In this document: positions 58,140-64,000 of the stretch, piece by piece
How the letters are laid out: the number at the start of each line of letters is the position of its first letter
How positions within the stretch are numbered: position 1 is the first letter of the stretch
DNA from: Armatimonadota bacterium
GTDB taxonomy: Bacteria > Armatimonadota > HRBIN16
Reading direction: 5' to 3'
Assembly (NCBI GenBank): GCA_026003195.1
Contig: BPGU01000003.1
Location: 472,763 to 536,762 of the forward strand
Length of the DNA stretch: 64,000 bases
Program-made: the position numbers and the translations under genes
Notes under the pieces: generated by a model
The model's database searches: none
What the model saw: only the letters and a program-made list of their open reading frames with translations
What the model was told of the DNA's origin: nothing

Positions 58140-58303
58140 AGAAATCCTCGTAGCTGTCTGACGCCTGGCATTCACAGAACCCCAAGCCAGCTTGTTTGCC
58201 CGCCCTGCTTCATTGTGTTAAAATGAAAAGCAGGAAGTTTGCAGAGAACAGACACCGTCACGTCCGATCTGGAAAGCGGAGTGGCAGGAGAGGCAGAGAG
58301 GAT

Positions 58304-59200
58304 ATGCCGATTGCGGTTGGTATAGCGTTCAAGCGGGTAGCGCGTTCTTACTGGTTCGACCCCGCCGGTCACACCTTGAAGGAATGGGATAAGGTCATTG
58401 TGGAGACGACGCGCGGTCAGGAGATGGGCACGGTGCGCATCCCGGCGCGCGAGGTCGCTGAGGAGGATTTGCAAGCGCCCCTGAAGCCCATTCTGCGTCC
58501 CGCTACCCCCGAAGACCTGGAGCAGCACAAGCAAAACCTCTATCTGGCCAAAGAGGCGATAGGCATCTGTAGAGAGAAGATAGCCAAACACGGTTTACCC
58601 ATGAAGCTGGTGCACTCGGAGTACGCTTTTGACCGCTCGCAGCTCACTTTCTATTTCGTGGCGGAAAACCGTGTGGACTTCCGCGAGCTGGTGCGAGACC
58701 TCGCCGCGACTTTTCGTACGCGCATCCAGCTCCTGCAAATCGGTCCCCGCGACCAGGCGAAAATGATGGGCGGAATCGGTCCCTGTGGGCGGACGCTGTG
58801 CTGTAGCACCTTCTTGAAAGAGTTCACGCCTATCTCGATGAAAATGGCGAAGGACCAGAGCCTGTTTCTGAATCCGGTAAAGTTCTCCGGGGTGTGCGGC
58901 AAGCTGATGTGCTGTTTGCAGTACGAACACGAAATGTATCAGGACGCCCGAACGCGACTGCCCCGAATCGGTGCAATGGTGCAGACCCCGCGGGGAGAGG
59001 GGCGCGTCAACGACCTGAATATTCTGAAAGAAGAGGTCATGGTGGAGTTTTCGGACGGGACGATTATTGCCTATGCCGCCTCCGAGTTACAATGGGAGAG
59101 GCAGACGTTGACCTGTGCCTGCGCTGCTGGCGCCGCTGAGGCGGTGGAAGAGGAACCTGTCGTCGACGAGGAGGTGCCGGATACCGATGCCTATCTATGA
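58304..59200 (+). CDS. ricT: PSP1 C-terminal domain protein RicT (YaaT)
   Basis: ...IGPCGRTLCCSTFLKEF...VCGKLMCCLQYEH, the conserved Cys cluster of YaaT/RicT. Confidence 0.8.
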   Translation: MPIAVGIAFKRVARSYWFDPAGHTLKEWDKVIVETTRGQEMGTVRIPAREVAEEDLQAPLKPILRPATPEDLEQHKQNLYLAKEAIGICREKIAKHGLPMKLVHSEYAFDRSQLTFYFVAENRVDFRELVRDLAATFRTRIQLLQIGPRDQAKMMGGIGPCGRTLCCSTFLKEFTPISMKMAKDQSLFLNPVKFSGVCGKLMCCLQYEHEMYQDARTRLPRIGAMVQTPRGEGRVNDLNILKEEVMVEFSDGTIIAYAASELQWERQTLTCACAAGAAEAVEEEPVVDEEVPDTDAYL

Positions 59201-59429
59201 GTTCCGCTGCAAAGGGTGTGGTCAGAAGTTTGAACAGAGGTTTTCCAGCACCGATGTTGCTGGGGTCACCTGCCCGCAGTGTGGCTCGCCGGAAGTATCG
59301 CGCCTCATCTCACTCTTCTTCTCGCCCAAGGTAAGCCGTGATATGGGCGTGGTAGGTTGCGACAGATGCGCAGGAGGCAACCCTCCTCCGTTCTGCGAGC
59401 CGGGCGGTTGTTCCTCTTGTGAGACGTGA
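59187..59429 (+). CDS. FmdB-family zinc-ribbon protein
   Basis: MPIYEFRCKGCGQKFE...CPQCGS. Confidence 0.75.
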   Translation: MPIYEFRCKGCGQKFEQRFSSTDVAGVTCPQCGSPEVSRLISLFFSPKVSRDMGVVGCDRCAGGNPPPFCEPGGCSSCET

Positions 59430-59430
59430 A

Positions 59431-59685
59431 ATGCGCAAAGGCTCTCGCGAGCGGTGGGTGCTTTTTTACTCCACCCCGAACGTGATGGAGGGAAACATCA
59501 TTCTAGACCTGCTGCGCAGTGCAGGGGTGAAAGTGTTGGCGCGTACGCTGGGACACGTTTACGTGACGTGGGGAATGGAAATCCTGGTGCCGCAGGAACA
59601 ACTGCAGCAGGCTCAGCAGGTATTCGCGGAAGCGAAAGAGACGAATGAATCGGAAGAAGGAGACAACGGACATCATGGGGAGTGA
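59431..59685 (+). CDS. small hypothetical protein (DUF2007-like)
   Basis: ATG directly after the FmdB stop. 84 aa. Confidence 0.4.
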   Translation: MRKGSRERWVLFYSTPNVMEGNIILDLLRSAGVKVLARTLGHVYVTWGMEILVPQEQLQQAQQVFAEAKETNESEEGDNGHHGE

Positions 59686-61609
59686 GAAAGCCTACTATGT
59701 GACCACTCCGATCTATTACGTGAACAGCTCGCCACACATCGGCAGCACGTTGACCACGCTGGCGGCGGACATGCTGGCGCGCTACCAGAAAATGCAGGGG
59801 CGCAAGGTGTGGTTCCTGACCGGAACTGACGAAAACGCGATTAAAGTGCACCGCGCTGCGCAGGAGCGGGGGGTACCCACCCAGCAGTTTGTGGACACGC
59901 TCGCCGCCGAGTTCCAGCAGGCATGGAAGGTGATGCACATCGAATACGATGACTTCATCCGCACCACCGAGCCACGCCACGTACGCGTGGTGCAGGAGTT
60001 TTTCCGCCGCATGCAGGAAAACGGCGATATTTACAAGGGCGTCTACGAGGGCTGGTACTGTGTTTCGGATGAGACCTTCTTCGCTCCCTCTGATGTCGGC
60101 GAAGACCGTCTTTGCCCCAACGCCGAGTGCCGCCGCCCCCTACAGTGGGTGCAGGAAGAGGATTACTTCTTCCGCCTCTCGGCGTACGGCGACCGCTTAT
60201 TGCAGTATATCGAAGAGCATCCGGACTGGCTGGAGCCGGAGTTTCGTAAGAACGAGGTCATCGCCTTTATCCAGCAGGGGCTGCGGGACCAGAGCGTCAC
60301 CCGCGCCAATCCGGGCTGGGGCATCCCCGTGCCCGGCGAGCCGGACAAGGTCATCTACGTGTGGTTCGACGCCCTGATTAACTACGTCTCCGCCACCGGC
60401 TGGCCCGAGGACATGGAGCGTTACCGGCAGCTGTGGCCCGCCGTGCACCTGATGGGCAAAGAGATTTTTGTGCGCTTCCACGCCACCCTCTGGCCCGCCA
60501 TGCTGATGTCTATCGGCTTGCCGGTGCCGGAGCGAATCTTTGGGCATGGCTGGTGGACTATCGGAGGCGAAAAGGGAAGCAAGTCCAAAGGCAACTTGCC
60601 CCATCCGGTGCAGCTGGCAAAGGATATCGCTGCATGGTCGGGCGCGGACTTCGACATCGCGGTGGATGCCGAACGATACCTGTTGATCCGCGAGATGCAG
60701 TTCGGGCTGGACAGCGAGTTCTCGGAGGAGTCCTTCCGCAAACGTTATAACAGCGACCTCGCCAACGACCTGGGCAACCTGCTCAACCGCACACTGAACA
60801 TGGTGTGGCGGTATGCGGAGGGGCGGGTGCCTAAGCCTCTGGAACGCAACAGGGAGCTGGTGGAACTGGCAGAGGACATCGACAGGGGTATCGCCGAGGA
60901 GGTCTATCGCTTTCGCCTGAACGGAGTACTGGAGCAAGTTTGGCGGATGGTGTCGCGGTTGAACAAGTATCTGGACGAGCAGGCGCCGTGGGGTCTTTAC
61001 CGCAACGGCGAGGTAGAACGTGCGCAGGGCGTGCTGTACGATGTGCTGGAAGGCGTTCGGCTCTGTGCGCTCTGGCTGGCGCCCACCATGCCCGTCGCTA
61101 CCGCCCGCATCTGGGAACAGCTGGGCATCGAAAGCCAACCTGTACAGGCGAACTGGCAAGCGGAAAGCACGTGGGGACGATTGCAGACGGGCACGAGTGT
61201 GCGGCAGCCTCAGCCTCTCTTCCCGCGCATTACGGAAGAAGCACTGACGGTGACGACAGAAAAGGAGACCGAAATGGAGCAGAGCAACCTGATTACCATC
61301 CAGGATTTCCAAAAGCTGGAAATCAAAATCGCTGAGGTGAAGTCGGCAGAACCCGTGCCGAATACCTCCAAACTGTTGAAGCTGACGGTAGACATCGGCG
61401 GAGAGGAGCGTACACTGGTGGCGGGTATCGCCGAGACCTATAGCCCACAGGACGTTATCGGCAGACAGATTGTGGTGCTGACGAATCTGCAACCTGCCAC
61501 CATTCGCGGAGTGCAGTCCCAGGGCATGTTGCTGGCAGCGGAAGTGAACGGCAAAGCCATTCTGCTCATACCCGATAAGCCTGTGCCGACTGGAAGTAAG
61601 GTGCGTTAG
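59675..61609 (+). CDS. metG: methionine--tRNA ligase with C-terminal EMAP/Trbp111-type tRNA-binding domain
   Basis: HIGS (HIGH motif) in YYVNSSPHIGSTLTT, the zinc knuckle CPNAECRRP, KSKGN (KMSKS motif) and the C-terminal tRNA-binding OB fold. Confidence 0.95.
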   Translation: MGSEKAYYVTTPIYYVNSSPHIGSTLTTLAADMLARYQKMQGRKVWFLTGTDENAIKVHRAAQERGVPTQQFVDTLAAEFQQAWKVMHIEYDDFIRTTEPRHVRVVQEFFRRMQENGDIYKGVYEGWYCVSDETFFAPSDVGEDRLCPNAECRRPLQWVQEEDYFFRLSAYGDRLLQYIEEHPDWLEPEFRKNEVIAFIQQGLRDQSVTRANPGWGIPVPGEPDKVIYVWFDALINYVSATGWPEDMERYRQLWPAVHLMGKEIFVRFHATLWPAMLMSIGLPVPERIFGHGWWTIGGEKGSKSKGNLPHPVQLAKDIAAWSGADFDIAVDAERYLLIREMQFGLDSEFSEESFRKRYNSDLANDLGNLLNRTLNMVWRYAEGRVPKPLERNRELVELAEDIDRGIAEEVYRFRLNGVLEQVWRMVSRLNKYLDEQAPWGLYRNGEVERAQGVLYDVLEGVRLCALWLAPTMPVATARIWEQLGIESQPVQANWQAESTWGRLQTGTSVRQPQPLFPRITEEALTVTTEKETEMEQSNLITIQDFQKLEIKIAEVKSAEPVPNTSKLLKLTVDIGGEERTLVAGIAETYSPQDVIGRQIVVLTNLQPATIRGVQSQGMLLAAEVNGKAILLIPDKPVPTGSKVR

Positions 61610-64000
61610 GGAGCCACCACAACCACCGCCGTCTGTTCCGCTGCTAGCTTCAGCCTCAGCTCGAGCTGGCTTCCCTGCACCTTCCAGCCCAGCGCGATCG
61701 CGTGCACCAGCTCCACCGGCTGCTTGACCGCGCTGGCTGAGATATTCAGGGCGCGCAGGTCGATTCGCATTCGCACCTCGCGTTCCGCGCCCTCCGGGTT
61801 GAACACGGTGAATGTCTTCGTGCCGTAGCGTTCTATCCATGCGCCCTCGGCGGTAGCGTGTGTGATCGGCTGCCAGCCTGCCTCGGCGACGCGGCGAATC
61901 AGCGGAATGTATTTTTGGAACAGTTCGCGGTCGCGGTTGTACCAGTTCGGGTTGTGCCAGTAGGGGTTGTCCGCCGCGTTGTGGCTGAACATGCTGGGAT
62001 AGATGCCCCAGAACAGACAACGCTGGAAATACCGTTCCACCTGCCCGCCGAAGGTCTCATAATCGGTGTTCATCAGCAGCAGGTAGGGCTTCTGGTAGCT
62101 CATGCTGCGCCAAACATCCATCTGCGCAGGCGACACGGGCTTCCATGCACCGTTTTGCCACCAGTTGGTCTCCGTGCCCGATACGTCCAGCTGTGCCATC
62201 AGGAAGGGAAATCGCCAGCCGACCGCGTTCGCGAACAGCCACTTGCCGCGCTGGCGCATCTCGCCCGCCAGGTAGCGCGTGTACTCCCAAGTGCTGAATA
62301 TCTGCAGGATAGCCGGGCGCAGGCTGCTGGTGTCGAATACCAGCGGTACGTCCGCCGTGGCGAAATGTTCCTCGCGGAAGTTGAGCATCTCACCGCCCAT
62401 CTCCAACGAGTCCAGATATTCACCGTCCAGCCCCTCCGTGCCCGGCTTCGTGTACGCACGCTGGGCATGTTCGGGTGGAAAGTTCAGGGTGGCTTTGGAA
62501 GGGTTGTCGGGTGTAGAAGGGAGGTCCGGGTCGGGGTTGAGCAGGAACATCGCACCGTCGTTCCACGGGGCGACGGTGATATAGCGATACAGCTTGCCGC
62601 TGGCGTCGGTGATGATACCACAATGGAGGGTTGCGCGCGCCTGCGCCCTCTGCCATGCGTCGCCGATTTTGCCCTGCGCATATTGCTGCAGGCAGTCTTC
62701 TGCGCCCGCGTCGGTACGGGGGAACTCCTTTGGCATGGGCATCCAGTAGCTCATCGGCTCGGTGTAGCGGAAGCTCAGGATGCCCAGCTGGTCGTCTTCG
62801 GCGATGCTGTTGTCGCCCTCGTGGAAGACGATGCCGAAATCCTGCACGTTCTGTACCGTATGCGGCGCGGTGAAGGGCATCCAGATACCCTGTTTGGGCA
62901 CACGGGTGCGGAACCAGTCGGGGAATGCGTCGATATATCTCTGCAGAGCGGAACGAAAGCCCCACTGCGGCTCCGCCGACCACAGCAGCAGATGGAACTG
63001 CGCCTGATAGGGAAACTTGCGCGTCTTGCCGGTGAGCACACAGTCGTACGCCGCACACGCCCATCCCCACTGCGGGTTCGCGAACAGGCGCACCAGCCGC
63101 GGTGCATCCATTCGCCATCCCCACGCCAGACCCCAGTCCTTGCCCGAGAGGCACGCCAGCGGGTAGAAGCTCATCATGCTGTTGGCACCGCCGTGGGCGC
63201 GTATCAGGTGCGCCTTCTCATTTCCCTCTGCGCCCACCGACTGACGGATGTCATCATGCCAGAGTGCTCCCTGCATTCCCACCGGCAACGCCCATATCAG
63301 ACTCACCGCACGGTCAGGCGAGCCCTGCGGGGTGCGCAGGGTAGCGGTGGCTTGAAGGAGGTTGCCCTGTTGTTCGTACTTCACCTCTATCTGCACATCC
63401 TTTGCCTTGCCCGTCCACATGAGCGGTTTGCGGCTTGTCCACTTGCCGGTGAAGGGCACCAGTTCTTCAGGACGCTGCAGATCACGTAGAAACCAGCCTC
63501 CGGGCAGTTTCCCTCTGGGCAGGGGTTTCTTGCCTGACGAAACGCCAGTGACGAACCCCGCATTGTCGAACTGTACCTGCAACCCGCCGGCATCTCCCCA
63601 GAGGACGGTGGTTTTGCCCGCGCGCAGGGTCGGCTGGCGGGTGGTTTGCATATCCAGCACCTGTAAACCCTCCAGAATCTCCATCTGTATATCGTCAAAC
63701 CACACCGTGCCCGAGTGATGGCGCAACAGCAGATGCACATGCACCTTCCCCACCGGCTTGCGGGGTATCACCAGCACCTCGCGCCGTTCCCAGTCGTGCG
63801 TGCCGGTGCTGAAGGGGGCAATCCATCCCCATTCGGGCGTGCCGTCGGTGTAGTAGATGTCCAGGTACAGGGAGTAGCCGGAATCTGCGCTGCCGGACAC
63901 GTCCTGCGCCCGGCTCCACGCGGTCACCCGGAAGGGTGCCGGCTTTGTCTGATTCATCTCCACCACGTGCATCACGCCACTGCGCAGGTCGGCGGTGGGA
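61606..64000 (-). CDS. large hypothetical protein, possibly glycoside-hydrolase-like; 5-prime end probably beyond the window
   Basis: Open frame of more than 789 aa with Trp/Tyr-rich, protein-like composition. No stop upstream before the window edge. The opposite-strand ORF 61858-63489 looks like an antisense artefact. Confidence 0.55.
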   Translation of the reverse strand, partial: PTADLRSGVMHVVEMNQTKPAPFRVTAWSRAQDVSGSADSGYSLYLDIYYTDGTPEWGWIAPFSTGTHDWERREVLVIPRKPVGKVHVHLLLRHHSGTVWFDDIQMEILEGLQVLDMQTTRQPTLRAGKTTVLWGDAGGLQVQFDNAGFVTGVSSGKKPLPRGKLPGGWFLRDLQRPEELVPFTGKWTSRKPLMWTGKAKDVQIEVKYEQQGNLLQATATLRTPQGSPDRAVSLIWALPVGMQGALWHDDIRQSVGAEGNEKAHLIRAHGGANSMMSFYPLACLSGKDWGLAWGWRMDAPRLVRLFANPQWGWACAAYDCVLTGKTRKFPYQAQFHLLLWSAEPQWGFRSALQRYIDAFPDWFRTRVPKQGIWMPFTAPHTVQNVQDFGIVFHEGDNSIAEDDQLGILSFRYTEPMSYWMPMPKEFPRTDAGAEDCLQQYAQGKIGDAWQRAQARATLHCGIITDASGKLYRYITVAPWNDGAMFLLNPDPDLPSTPDNPSKATLNFPPEHAQRAYTKPGTEGLDGEYLDSLEMGGEMLNFREEHFATADVPLVFDTSSLRPAILQIFSTWEYTRYLAGEMRQRGKWLFANAVGWRFPFLMAQLDVSGTETNWWQNGAWKPVSPAQMDVWRSMSYQKPYLLLMNTDYETFGGQVERYFQRCLFWGIYPSMFSHNAADNPYWHNPNWYNRDRELFQKYIPLIRRVAEAGWQPITHATAEGAWIERYGTKTFTVFNPEGAEREVRMRIDLRALNISASAVKQPVELVHAIALGWKVQGSQLELRLKLAAEQTAVVVVAP

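Overview
This 64-kb window comes from a high-GC (about 62-65% by eye) bacterial chromosome. Ribosome-binding sites are strong GGAGG-type. By inference only, the gene content suggests a thermophilic diderm: it carries prepilin-type N-terminal cleavage/methylation plus H-X9-DG (DUF1559) proteins typical of Armatimonadota, Planctomycetota and Verrucomicrobiota, and a very close M.TaqI homologue. Along the window the content is: (1) DUF1559 paralogues, a GntR/PBP-fold regulator, a degenerate two-ORF IS5-family remnant, and two mosaic DUF1559 C-terminal pseudogene fragments that flank a methyl-accepting chemotaxis protein with a C-terminal CZB zinc-binding domain; (2) a three-gene carbohydrate ABC importer; (3) a solitary M.TaqI-like gamma-class N6-adenine methyltransferase; (4) pyruvate:ferredoxin oxidoreductase (PFOR) followed by a dihydroorotate-dehydrogenase-like flavoprotein; (5) flgM with a sigma28-like promoter; (6) a largely cytoplasmic glycoside-hydrolase cluster (two GH38 alpha-mannosidases, GH36-like, GH5, GH52, GH35 and unknowns); (7) a proA-nadD-rsfS housekeeping cluster; (8) gatA, DegT, zwf-pgl, RicT/FmdB and metG. 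The glycoside-hydrolase cluster contains two clearly lower-GC (about 45-50%) insertions. The first is a compact type II R-M cassette (Dam-like methyltransferase followed by an unidentified endonuclease). The second, and most notable, is a 7.3-kb two-gene module encoding about 2,400 aa. Gene A has a cold-shock-like OB fold, a DEDDh 3-prime-5-prime exonuclease and RecQ helicase lobe 1. Gene B has RecQ lobe 2, a UvrD-like SF1 helicase and an unknown C-terminal domain. The RecQ core is split across the two ORFs and the downstream ORF has its own RBS. I recognise this as no described defence or repair system; it is the best candidate for a novel system in the window. No rRNA, tRNA or CRISPR arrays were seen.
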